From: Haliotis cracherodii
Lineage: Eukaryota
Assembly: GCF_022045235.1 (NCBI RefSeq)
Contig: NW_027266271.1
Location: forward strand, 23,002,001 to 23,066,000
Direction of reading: 5' to 3'
Length of the DNA: 64,000 bases
Positions 1-12,682 of this stretch are shown here, piece by piece. Below the pieces are notes generated by a model. It was not told the DNA's origin. It searched no databases and saw only the letters and a list, made by a program, of their open reading frames with translations. The translations under genes and the position numbers were made by a program. Positions within the stretch are counted from its first letter, which is position 1; every line of letters begins with the position of its first letter.

Positions 1-1669
1 CGTAAGCATCCCAAAACCCAAAACATATGTACGCGTTCAAGGAACCGGTTCAGCACATTGCGTAATACGGCCTGTGGCGGAATGGACTCATAGGTTACCT
101 TTCTGTAATTGGATTTTGGCTAGGGTTCATTTCTGTATACAGAAACGTAACTGGGGTGCATCTCTATAGTACCTGTGCCAACAACGACCCCTTCAGCGGT
201 ACAATGGCCACCACAAACTTATATAACAGGCACCACAAACTTATAACAGGCACAACATCGTTATTGTGACTTCATATTTTCTTAATTCGTCAAGACCTTC
301 ACAACATCTAGGACTGACCCAACTTGATCCAGTACTCCCTAAAGCTTAGTCAAAACACTTAATCAACAAATTAATTATTACACCTTATGATTAGGCCTAT
401 AAAACAGCTGGCAAATCCAGTCATATCACAACAAACAGCTAGCCAAGCGAATTAAACAAATTAAAAGAAACCTTAATAGAGCTCTGAGAGGCATCCTGGT
501 GCTGGGATTACGTAATGATGAAAAGCGTTCCCGAATATAAGTTTACATAATGTGTCACGTCTTCCTTTTCACTCTCAAGTCGGTTCGGGTCGACCCGAGT
601 TGCTTGAAACACTAAAACGGTAGTGGACACTTTCGAGCTCGACCTTGACATTTACGTATGCTGCTCCAGTACAGCGCGTATGACACTTTAGAGTGTTTAA
701 AAGGAGACGGCAAAACGCTGTTAGGAACTAAACAATGTTATGCTCCAAAGCAGTGCGTGCTAGCCTTTGGAATACTGCATACGGAATGAACATGTCGTGG
801 CAAAGAGCTTACTCACAATAGTCGCCTGCACGATTTGCAAGTTTTCATCATTTTTACATCATGATACAATGATAAATTTCTAATAAGCCCGATATTGATT
901 AATGTCATTTCCACAAAATGCACAAAGCAAGTATTTTAAGTTGGTTGAATTTTGACCTGTCATGTCACCTCGGGATGTCACTGAAGTCTGAATCTGAGAA
1001 AAGTTCACAAAACTAGTAGGCCCAAGGGTCCAAGTCTAACAGGCAATCTGGTAACAATTTAAGAAGCCTTCATGGTACAATAAGTAGAATCAGAGTAATT
1101 GTTGTAATGTTTGACAATTAGCATGTTCAGCAACTCATGATCTGGTGCGAGTGTCAGCGATGATCAGTTCCACAAGGAATTATATATATAGTTTCATCCG
1201 GTACAAATATTGGCAGTGTAAATCTATCCAGGAAAGTGTTTCTTACAAAATATGGTAATATATAGCCAACACTGAATACTGTGTCTGATGAGTTAATATG
1301 GTTAACCTAATGGTAAAGTAATTGTCCTGTTGCACTGGACATCATGCAGGTTCAACATGCAGGATATGTGTGCTATGTGTGAAGCCCGTTTATGGTTTTA
1401 CCTGACTTGAAGATGCAAACGAGGACAAAAAAACATGCCCACTCGCTTACTGTTATGTTTCTGTTGAAAGCAACAAAGTGTATTTTGATGAAAGTGATGT
1501 TTAATTAAACAAAATATCTTAACTTGAAAGTCACAGAATATATTCGTTTTCATGTACCTACTGTTAAGTTTGAACAAAATATAAGCAACTTTCCAGACAG
1601 GTATTCATTTAGTATGTACAGTAATATGACCCTGTCTTTGATTTTATGATTGTATTGTTTCAGATACAA

Positions 1670-4600
1670 ATGGCTTGCTCAATGACACAGAGACTGGGTT
1701 GTCGTTTCGCCTACATAAAAAAGCACATGGTCTTCCGTAGGCAGAAGCTTTCCCCTGCGGTGTGTTCATCATGTTTCTCCACCGACAACTCATCAGAGCA
1801 ACAGGCTGCATCAAATCATCCTGTCAGTGTGTCTATGCGTCTCTTGTATGATGAATTTAATAATCAGAAATTACCTTTTCGGAATCACCTCCAAGACAGT
1901 AAAATTTATTCCATGAATCATGGACGTCACAGTGCATCAACTACTGAAAAGGAAAAAGTCAGAATTTCCTTAAAGCAGTGCCGGTCTGTTACTGATGTTT
2001 TTCACAAACTGGACATTCCCACAGATGGTCATGATGATAAATTAGGGGGTTTGGCGTCACAAGCTCTGCTGAGAATATGTAGTTTACAAGAAGATGAGGA
2101 AGCAAGAAGCAGTCTTAGTGAGTCAGAACCATTTCTTAGTAACACTTTAATGGATGAATTATATGACATGGCTGGAAGAGACCTGACATCTTTGCCCAAT
2201 AGTACATTACTCTCTCTAGGTAAAACTTTTCTGCAGTTTGAAAATACCAAACACCAGTTTTCTGAATCTCTAATAGATGATATGAAAAGACGTATAGTAG
2301 AACTACAGTTCTCCATGACTGATTTGCTTACTCTGGGTTATGTGCTGAAAAGGAATGAAAAGTATCAGGAATTGGTCAGCTTGATTTGGTTCCATATTGG
2401 GAAAAGTTGCAGCAACATCGATGTCTCTCCCATCCTTGGGACACCTTCTCAGTCTAATGTCTGTATCATGGAACTGATGATACTGTGGATCACATTAAAC
2501 ACCAGCAGTACCAGTGAAGAAATGGTGTTCATCCTCAATTCATTGGTTCGATTAAATGTTTCTAATAGAAGAATCCTGGAGAGTTTTAGCAGGTTTATTA
2601 GCAAAACATTCGTCAACACCAAGGACACGGATATTATGCAGATTGTACATGCCTACAACCATTTCCATCATAGCGATCGTATTATTATGGAGGCTTTGGA
2701 GAACTATGTTGTCTCACATGGCTCCTGCCTGACTACAAGTCTCCTTGCTCTTGTAATGGAGCATTGTTATGTCAGCAGAACCTTATCACCTTTGATATTT
2801 GATAAAGCTGCCACACATTTCTCAGAAAATGGACATACGTACAATCCACTTCAGATTTACTTGATCTTGCGACCTTTCGGACATCTGAATTACTTCCCCC
2901 AACCACGGCACAAGTTTGTCAGTGAAGCTGAAACTGTTATCTTGAAACAGTTTTTCAATTTTGAGGCCCACCATGTGATCGAACTTGTGTGTACTTTTGC
3001 CTTTCAGGCAAATTTCTCACGTAACTTTGCATTGAAAGTATTCACTCCATATTTCTTCGGAAAGCTAGCACGTGAGTATTACTGTATAGTTTAAGTAACT
3101 TTTTGCAATATTATATTCAAAGATGAAACCCACAAAAGCTTTATTCTGGTGTCGATATGTGTCAGTTTATCTTTTCTCACATCAGGGGTCTTAAAATGCA
3201 ACTCATATCTGTTCCGTGTTTTAGCTTGTTTGTGTGAAATCCATTATTCAGTCTGATCATTAATTGGTTATGTCTTAAAATAACATAAATGGCTGACGTG
3301 AAAAGGGGATTTAAACAATTCAGCTTGTTAATTTCTGTTTGTTGTATCATTTTTTTATTAAGTTATTAAGACAGACCCTTTATTATTTTTCACAAACACA
3401 CTGTTTTTCGATCTTTCCTCAATACAGAAATGTTTGTTTTAGAATTGGACTCTGAGCAGAGGAGACAAGCGAGTGAATATCTGCTGATGTTTAAAACAGC
3501 TGTAATCACGGAGACGAATATCTGGAAGGAGGTGATGTCTCAACCTCACGGCAGCATGATGGCTGGTAGGTCAAGGTCACGGGGAACATATCTGAACCCT
3601 CCATATCCAATGTCATCATGAAAATCTGACAGAAGACAAGAAAATAGTTAAAATGCCCACGTTGTGCCCAGTTGTCTTAGGAGCCACACTTTCTTGTACA
3701 GAGTCTGTCAGCACCATACCTGTGATGGTGGGTTTCACCAAAGTGGTCGCATCACTTTGGTCTTTCCTCCAACATCAAGCAGAAATGCCGTGAGATAACT
3801 GAAATACTGTTGAAAGTGGTGTAAGTCAAACAATAAAAGTCCAGTTTCCACCCTTGCCAAACTAGGATGGAATTTCTGGGCTTGATCGTAGCACCATCAG
3901 TGACTATTAAAAGTTATGTCCCCCCTATTAACTAATCAGATTCAACCTCTCATATCACTTGCATTTACTTCAAAATGGTACCTGTGAAGATTCGGGTTAG
4001 AAGAGGTCTTCAGCAACCCATGCTTGCCGTAACAGGTGACTATGCTTGTCGTAAGAGGCGGCTGACAGGATCGGGTGGTCAGACTCGTTAACGTGGTTGA
4101 TGCATGTCATTGTATCCCAATTGTGTAGATCGTTGCTCATATCAGTCACTGGATTGTCTGGTCCAGACTCGATTATTTACAGATCGCAGAGTGCACAACA
4201 GAGTGCAGCGTTACACAACAAACAAACAAACACACTGCCTGGCGATCCTAACTAATACTTCTACGATACACATGACGTGAACTGTGGTATCTGTTACAGG
4301 TACAGTCTCAGAACTACAACACTCCTGGGGTGAGTGTTTCCTTTTGTTTTATCTTTGAATTAATTTGAATTAATAATGTGGGCACAATTGTCCCAGTCGT
4401 CTAAGGCACTGCAAGTTGCTGTGGGAAGCCTATGATCGTGGACAAGTATCTCAAATTTGAGCAAAATAAGTCTCAGTACCCTACTATGCAACCCAGGATG
4501 TGCCTTCTGTTTATGGGGGAGTATGTAGCAGGGCGTGGAGTCGTCTCACAGATGACATCCTTACCTTCACAGCTTGCTGTGAACAAGGCGTCCGACCTTG

Positions 4601-7600
4601 GATCAGAAGGCCAGAGGTTCGAATCCCATCATGGCCGCTACACGTGGATGACAGCACAGCAATATGGCCACTACACTGTCCAGTTCTCCTATGAAGGGCC
4701 CTGTCTCACAAGGCAGTCATAAAACTACACCATCTATTCAATTGCATGTACCCTCAGATCATAGGTTTTCGGTCATCATACGTTTTTTGACAGCCGTGTT
4801 TATCGCGATTATTCATGCTATAACAAGGGGTGTGGTGTCATACAGACATTGTAAATATTAAGATGATGGCCCAATTTTAAAATAAAGTCATCTTATTTAC
4901 CGTATTTGACGTAATAAGCGCCCAGGGCGCTCTCAAAATTAGAAATAGGGGGCTCTTATTAGAATATTATTTTGGTTGAAAAAAACAGAGTTGAAAGATA
5001 ACTTTCATGGATTATGCTGACAGCCTGAACTGTTTATATACAAGAGATATATTTTCCAGAATTTAATTGCCCATAATTAAGGGTGCATATAACACACGAG
5101 TGCGTATTATACACAAATAGATAAGTCTTGTGTGCATTGATCAATCTGAAGGGGCGCTAATGGGGATTGTTCACTTGCCAATATATTAGCAAATATCGCC
5201 GTGGGCGCTTATTAGAGCGGAGCGCTTATTACGTCAATTACGGTAAGTGAGATGCTTTACAGTTTTTCTAGTGATTAACAAGAAAATTACAAATGTTACT
5301 TAGTGTCCGAAAACCCATAACACAAGATATATATACCCCAATTCTCTCTCACAAAGGTTGTGGGAGACTTCTAACTGATGTGTTAACACTTCATTGACAA
5401 AATTAGAACAGATCATTTCCAATTTCAATTTTGCAAATTATTTTTCAGATACACCATTGGTAAACAAACAAAGTTCTGAAATGTGCCAAGCATTAGAGTC
5501 TCTACTTGGACAGAATGGATTCAGGATGAACTGGGCACCGAGGTCCTCAGCATTCATGATGGGTAGGTATTGGGTGGAGACTGGTGCAGGAAAGCTGGTG
5601 GCATGGCTTAGAGCATCGTTAATACTTCACAGGTTTGTATGCACTATGTTCCTCATCACCTGTGAATACCTATGTCTGCTTTGAGGTGTAGTCTATGCAG
5701 TGAATCAAGCAATGGTCTGGTTCAAAGGAGGGTGAAGCCAGCAGGTACTTCGACCAGTGAAAGCTCAGGTTACATCACACACAGTACTCAGACCAATGAA
5801 AGCTCAGGTTACATCACACACAGTACTCAGACCAATGAAAGCTCAGGTTACATCACACACAGTACTTACAAATTCAAATCCCACGTTATCAAGTTTGAAA
5901 GTTGAATAATCTTGTGAAACACTTGGCATCACTGACATTAAACAGTCATTTAGGCACCTGATTGTATCCATCTTCCCAAGACAAGGGAGTTAACTGACTA
6001 TAAAAGTCCAGTTTCCACCCTTGCCAAACTACTACTACTACTACTATTTTGCTACAAGCAAAATGGCGTAAGATGATCTGATCGATAATCGAGATCTATA
6101 TTGTAATAAAACGGGTCTTACCCCACGAACTTGAGCACCTCTCATTTCGCTTGTATTTGCGTTAAATGATGGTGCCCAGTCAAGGCGATCTGATAGATAA
6201 TCAAGATCTATATTGTACTAAAAACGGGTCTTGTCCTGCAAAGTGCTTCAAATCGATGCCATGTTGGCAGTACATTGAAATCTGCATGTTGAAATCTGTG
6301 TTGTTTATGAACCGGATGTCTTGTTTCTTACACAGTTTTGATTGAACTATGCATAGACTGGTTAGTCCAGCCAAAATGTAACTCTGGAATTCCAGCCTAG
6401 TTTGGAAGGTTTGAATCTGAACTTTTATAGTCAGTTTACGCCATTGCCTCAGGAAGATGAATTGTACCTTGATTTTAAGAAAAGCTGGACTTAATTGATG
6501 TTGAAAAAAAAGTGGAATCTTCCAGACATCGTGGTTCATGTGAAGGATGGGAGGCCAGTAGAAATACAGGAGGAAGTGGACTGTGACAAGAGGTGAGTGG
6601 CAAGACCAGATGCAGTGTCTCGAAAGTGTTAGCAAAATAGAATGTTCATACCTCTTGAAACTTGGTTACTCTGGAACTTTGTTTCTAGTAATAACTGCTT
6701 CACAGAAACCAATGTTTACAGAGTCATTCTGTCACAGAACTCATTAACGACTTAGATGGTTTCCTGTCCAGACTAACGTCACAGCAAACTAATAATTGTT
6801 GACCTTACCAGCAGCAACACCTCCTGCTGTGTCAGCAGATCCTGTGAGAGGTCCTCCTGCTGGGTCAGCAGATCCTGTATGAGGTCCTGTGGGGTCAACA
6901 GATCCTGTGAGAGGTCCTTCTGCAGGGTCAGGAGATCCTGTGAGAGGTCCTCCTGCTGGGTCAGGAGATCCTGTGAGAGGACCTCCTGCTGGGTCAGCAG
7001 ATCCTGTGAGAGGTCCTGCTGGATCAGCAGATCCTGTAGCTGCTCCTGCTGGGTCTGGAGATCCTGTGAGAGGTCCTCCTGCTGGGTCAGCAGATCCTTT
7101 GAGAGGTCCTGTGGGGTCAGGAGATCCTGTGATAGGTCCTCCTGCTGGGTAAGCAGATCCTGTGAGAGGTCCTCCTGTTGAGTCAGCAGATCCTGTGAGA
7201 GGTCCTCCTACTGGGTCAGCAGATCCTGTGAGAGATCCTCCTGCTGGGTCAGCAGATTCTTTGAGAGGTCCTCCTGCTGGGTCAGCAGATCCTGTGAGAG
7301 ATCCTCCTGCTGGGTCAGCAGATCCTTGAGAGGTCCTTGGGGGTCAGCAAACCCTGTGAGAGGTCCTGCTGGGTCAGCAGATCCTGTGAGAGGTCCTCCT
7401 GCTGGGTCAGCAGATCCTATGAGAGGTCCTGCTGGGTCAGCAGATCCTGTGAGAGGTCCTCCTGCTGGGTCAGCAGTTCCTATGAGAGATCCTGCAGGGT
7501 CAGCAGATTCTGTGAGAGGTCCTCCTGCTGGGTCAGGAGATCCTGTGAGGTCCTCCTGTTGAGTCAGTAGATCCTGTGAGAGGTCCTCCTGCTGGGTCAG

Positions 7601-10360
7601 CAGATCCTGTGAGAGATCCTGGGGGGTCAGCAGACCCTGTGAGAGGTCCTCCTGCTGGGTCAGCAGATCCTGTGAGAGGTCCTCCTGTTGAGTTAGCAGA
7701 TCCTGTGAGAGGTCCTCCTGCTGGGTCAGCAGATCATAGAGAGGTCCTCCTGCTGGGTCAGCAGTTCCTATGAGAGATCCTGCTGGGTCAGCAGATCCTG
7801 TGAGAGATCATCCTGCTGGGTCAGCAGATTCTGTGAGAGGTCCTCCTGCTGGGTCAGCAGATCCTGTAAGAGGTCCTCCTGCTGGGTCAGGAGATCCTGT
7901 GAGAGATCCTCCTGCTGGGTCAGCAGTTCCTATGAGAGATCCTGCGGGGTCAGCAGATCATAGAGAGGTCCTCCTGCTGGGTCAGCAGTTCCTATGAGAG
8001 ATCCTGCTGGGTCAGCAGATCCTGTGAGAGGTCCTCCTGCTGGGTCAGCAGATCATAGAGAGGTCCTCCTGCTGGGTCAGCAGTTCCTATGAGAGATCCT
8101 GCTGGGTCAGCAGATCCTGTGAGAGGTCCTCCTGCTGGGTCAGCAGATCCTGTGAGAGGTCCTCCTGCTGGCTGGGTCCACATCTCCTGTATAGGCCAAG
8201 GTGGCCCAGTTGTCAAGAGGACGCCAGTGCCAGTCTTTGAAATTTATCATTATCTGCTACCCTGAGACTCCCAAATAGTGCTGACAAGTAATAATCAAAT
8301 TATGGTTGTGCTCATTGACTAGTAGTATTTGAGGGCTATCACTTCTAAACCAGTTGTCAATGCTTAGATTTTACTCCAAATTGAAAATGAAGAGTCATTC
8401 ATATATATGTATATGTAAGCTGACAGAAAATGTAAACATTGTGAACAGTAATTGTTGTGTCTTATTCAAGCAGGATTATGTAGGTAACTAGGGAAATAAG
8501 GTTTACATTAGTCCTCTAAAACAAATTGAATTTGAGTAGCGCTGAAGTCTGAGTAGCGCTGGTGATGGCTTTGAAGATATGTCTTGATGATGTTTACTGC
8601 TGTAATGTTGTATTTTTCATATCCCTTGTTGTAGACTGGGGTTGTTGATAAGGCGACCGGAGCACTACCGGATCAGACATAACTCTCATCCTCGTCTGCT
8701 GGGAAAGTATGTGATGATGAAGAGACATCTGTTAAGAAGTGGTTACACTGTGTTGGAGGTAGGAAGTAGAGCCAGTAGCAAGCAATGGAAAGCAACATCT
8801 TTACTGATATCATTGACCGGGTTAGAATAGGTAATCAGCAACCCAAGCTTGCTGTAACAGGCTATGCTTGTCGTAAGAGGCGACTAACGGGATCGGGTGG
8901 TCAGACTCGCTGACTTTGTTGATGCATGTCATCGTATCCCAATTGCGTGGATTGATGCTCAGGATATCAATCACTGAATTGTCTGGTCCAGACTCGATAA
9001 TTTACAGATCGCCATCATATAGCTGGAATATTGCTGAGTGTGGTGTTAAACAACAAACAAACACACTTATATCATTGTGGTATTTTTTAATATTTGTGTG
9101 GAAGATGTGCGATGATTGTCATCAGAATTGACTTACTTTACACACACTTTACCACACAGTCATCATCAAAATGTTTCCCAATGATGTGGATTATTGCTCT
9201 TGCTATCAACCACTGGTTTACTTCGACAAAACTCTATCACCACTTGTTAGAGGCAGATGGGGAAGGGCTGGAATATTGCTGCAATGGATGTTAAACATAC
9301 TTCACTCACGTACTTCATTAGAAGGGATAATTATTTATCTGAATATGATGAGCAAAATTGATTCTTGTCAGGAAATATAAAAAAACACCAGGTAAGAACC
9401 TTGCTCAAATATGACATTAGAAAAGACACACATTGGTGTCACGTCACTAATTCCTGAGTAAACAAACAACCAGCAACATAATGATGGAACTGAAATCCAG
9501 AACCCTATGATTAGGGTTCGAATCTTGGTTCTCCCGATTATGTTTCTAGGTTTGTCAGCACCATACCCATACTCGTGGGTTTCACCGAAGTGGTAAACAT
9601 CTGAAACCTGTGTCACTTCGGGCTTTCCTCCTACATTAGGCTGACACACTGTGATATTACTAGAATATTGTTAAAAGTGGCATGAAACCCAAGTCACTCA
9701 CTCACTCTTCCCCAAAATACAATTTTAGAACTTGTTAAAAGAATGCATAACCTGGAAAGAACCTATATCGTGAAGTCAATAATTCATAGTGTCATGAATA
9801 AAGTATATGTAAGTATAAGTAAAGTACATTAGTATATGTCTGTTCGCAGCAGATGACATTAAATGTAAGGAATAAAATATTTTAATGTAAAACCAGAGAT
9901 AATAAAAAATGTAATTTGTGTAACGGAAAATAAGCATGCGATCATGTGTGCTCTTGTGTGATGGTACGGTTAGACAACAGGAAAGATCAATTTACACTTT
10001 TTTTATTCCCTCTCGATGCATTATAACAGATAAAGACAAAATTAAGCACATTTGGTAATAGTTTCACAAAAATCAAAGTTGTTTTAACACTTAACTGTAT
10101 ACACGGATATTTAATTAACCGTAAAAAGGATGATAAGTGGCCATCACAGATCACAAAAAAATATCTTGTGAGATAATCTATTTGACCATGACAAAGTGTG
10201 CAGCTGGTCAGATGTCTGTTTGTTTTCTCTGTATTAGGTGTCAGGTGAAGCTGTTGACAGGAACAGCAACTTGGTGGAGTACTTCCGGAGGCTGCTGCAG
10301 CCCTACCTCGTCTTCGGGGAGGAACAAGGGGAAGCAGGGACTACTGTGCTCAATGAATGA
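1670..10360 (+). CDS. FASTKD3: FAST kinase domain-containing mitochondrial RNA-binding protein (FASTKD3-like), ~660 aa; join(1670..3071,3443..3565,4300..4329,5449..5562,6526..6592,8635..8758,10238..10360)
   Basis: All introns are GT-AG and phases match (1,1,1,1,2,0); total 1983 nt. Arg/Ser-rich N-terminus resembling a transit peptide (MACSMTQRLGCRF), helical FAST-like region (ILRPFGHLNYFP), and C-terminal RAP-domain motif (LLGKYVMMKRHLLRSGYTVLEV). The single very large first coding exon and the length resemble FASTKD3; the paralog call is less certain than the family call. The track's ATG at 1646 lies upstream of the acceptor (cag 1661-1663). Confidence 0.8.
4570..4640 (+). pseudogene. Degenerate tRNA-Arg-like sequence (pseudogene or SINE head)
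   Basis: AAGGCGTCCGACCTTGGATCAGAAGG..AGGTTCGAATCCC resembles tRNA-Arg(UCG), but the acceptor and D stems are broken. Confidence 0.5.
4900..5243. mobile_element. Tc1/mariner-type MITE (TA TSD)
   Basis: TIR CCGTATTTGACGTAATAAGCGC / GCGCTTATTACGTCAATTACGG flanked by TA; second copy at 62447-62736. Confidence 0.85.
5752..5867. repeat. 39-bp tandem repeat x3
   Basis: GACCAATGAAAGCTCAGGTTACATCACACACAGTACTCA repeated. Confidence 0.9.
6815..8175. repeat. Intronic minisatellite, 33-bp unit GGTCCTCCTGCTGGGTCAGCAGATCCTGTGAGA with 30-bp variants
   Basis: About 40 tandem units read directly; lies in the FASTKD intron 6593-8634. Confidence 0.97.
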
Positions 10361-10524
10361 GAAGATTGAGGGACATTTGGGAACCATGCAGGCAAAATGA
10401 TGGAACATAGTACACATTTTTTTGTTTCAATTTTTTACAAGGAATTAGTTTCTCATTACCTCAATGTTGATTATAGGGATGCCACTGTGTTAACCTTATC
10501 ATTACTTTCTGTTTTATTTACATT

Positions 10525-11352
10525 TTTATCCCCCTCGAATATAGTCGACACCTTGTCTGTCTATCCATCCGTAATCATTTTGTTCAATTTTTTTCAACAA
10601 AACTTGGCAGATATATCAAACAGATCCTGAAGTGGTGCCTTTTGCTACTGTTTAGATTTTTTGTCATTTTTAGTTTTCTCGATTTCCCTGGAAACAATTT
10701 GGACTTAGTTTGAAAAGGGAGGGGAAGGTGTCATTTCCGGAGCACAACTTGAAAACTGTGAAAGACTTTTCATCCAAACCTGGTACATGTATTAACCAAG
10801 AGCAGAAGTGATGCCTTTCCCTATTTAGGAATTTTGTTATTGGAAGCAAGATAGACTTAGCTTAAGTGGAGGGAGGTGTTGTTTCCAGACTAGAACTAAA
10901 AATCTATTCAACATTTTTCATCCAAACTTGGTCCATGTCTTACTCAAGGGCTGAAGTGGTGCCTTTTGTCTATTTAGGAATTTAATTTTTTTAATTCTTT
11001 TCCCTGTTTCCATGGCAACAAGTTAACTTTGACTCTGTTCATAGTGGTGTGTTTGTCTGGATCATATATCTTTCTTGAAACTGTGCACACACAAAGACCA
11101 AGTTGTCATCTGGTGCCTTTTGCTATTCAGGGATTTTTAGAATTTAACAAGTTTGATTTTGACACAGAAATACAAAGTTCCAAATTCCAATTCCATGGTA
11201 TTGTTTTGATAGCTCAATAACTACTCTTGTATACAGACAGACAGATTACATAAAAATTATCACATTACTGGTAAGTTGGATTCAAAGTAACAGTCAGGTG
11301 ATGTGTTCTTTCGAATTTGTGGGGACCGTGGGGATTTGTCATCTTCTTGTTA
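10525..11352 (-). mobile_element. HINE-like element downstream of the FASTKD stop codon
   Basis: Repeated GGTGCCTTT/AAACTTGG subunits; GATTTGTCATCTTC terminus is the reverse complement of 18980-18994. Confidence 0.55.
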
Positions 11353-12682
11353 AATATTAAAGATGGCTAACAGGGCATCAAAGAGAAGCAGAGGGGGTTA
11401 AAATCAGTTGTATATTGAACTAGATAGCAACCAGGACAGCTACCAGGTTTGAAAACAGGTGACTATCAAGATTGACAGCCAGAGGATAAATATTGTAAGT
11501 CATGTCTCAAGCAAGAGTCTCAAGTTAGTATTAAAAAAGTGCCAGTTTTGTCTGGACATGCAGTTTATAGTCTGGTTCGTTGCATGTTGAGTTCACTAAA
11601 CCGTTTGTTTACATAGCTGATCAAGTAGTTGACATAAACCAACCGTGTATGACTTTGTGTGTATTATTACATATTGTATAAATAACCTGAATTATAGATA
11701 AATATTAAATTGAATAAAGATGTAACAACTAATGTGTTCATTTCACTGAATTGAACCAGTTTTTAGGGGAAGCCTGTTGTGATACAGGCACAATTTGGAT
11801 CTGGATAAAGTGTAAAACCCATTTTTAGTAGGGGTATGATATGTATCGTGATACACATATTTACGTTGAATCGCATAGAAAGTTCTTGATTATAAATATT
11901 CAAGAGCAAGTTCAAAAGGAAAAACTATCTGAAGACACATGTTCCTAGCGGCTGTTTGTAGTAGTGAACTTCGAACGCTAATTACAACACATTTTGCAAT
12001 ATTTGACTAACAAAAGTCTGGGGGTGGGTATTAAATGAGAAGTATGTAATAAATTTTAGCATGTGTATCGTCCTTTATCATCCAAAACTGGCTCCCATAG
12101 GAGATATCGCTTGGGTGAGATCAAGCGATATCTAGATTGGAGATATCGCTGCAATGAATTTGCATAACCATACTTTGGTTACCATGATGTCACAATCAAA
12201 TGACATCACTAATGGCGCTGCTACTGAGGCTGTTAGCAGTACTTTTTACACTTATGGCAATGCTTATTACTGTCTACAATCTGAAAAAGTTGAAAGAATG
12301 ATGTTGGATGATAAATAAAATTTCACCCTTGTGTCGGCAAGCCTCGTAGTTTTTCCACTTTTATCTACTCGTGTTTATATATTTGATATCAAAAGACACA
12401 TGTGAGATTCTCTTTGTATGGACACAGAAAAGAACATAACATGTATTGTATCTTTGCATGAAAACTTATGATGCACCTGTACACTGATGTATCATTTCAC
12501 CCCTATATTTTAGATAATAGTTTACACGATATGACTGTCCGGTTACAAAGTTACAAACAGAACTTGCACATCTACATCTACACGTTTAACTATATACTCA
12601 AAAAAAGGTTAAGGACTACCTTAGTCTTTCTTACACAATGACAGGTCTTAACTTCTGTTGGAGTTGTTAATTGTGCACATCA

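Noticed and set aside
99-130. Possible first coding exon of a divergent gene (MNPSQNPITE, AG|gtaacc) on the minus strand
   Set aside because: Too short to support, and any continuation lies outside the window
6879-8216. Pro/Gly-rich and Cys/Arg/Ser-rich ORFs
   Set aside because: Translations of the minisatellite, broken by stops and frameshifts; the flanking FASTKD exons join in phase without them
12065-12410. Inverted-repeat structure (TTTATCATCCAA/TTGGATGATAAA with an internal GATATCGCTTG hairpin)
   Set aside because: Probably an old non-autonomous DNA element, but boundaries and TSD could not be fixed and it is single-copy in this window
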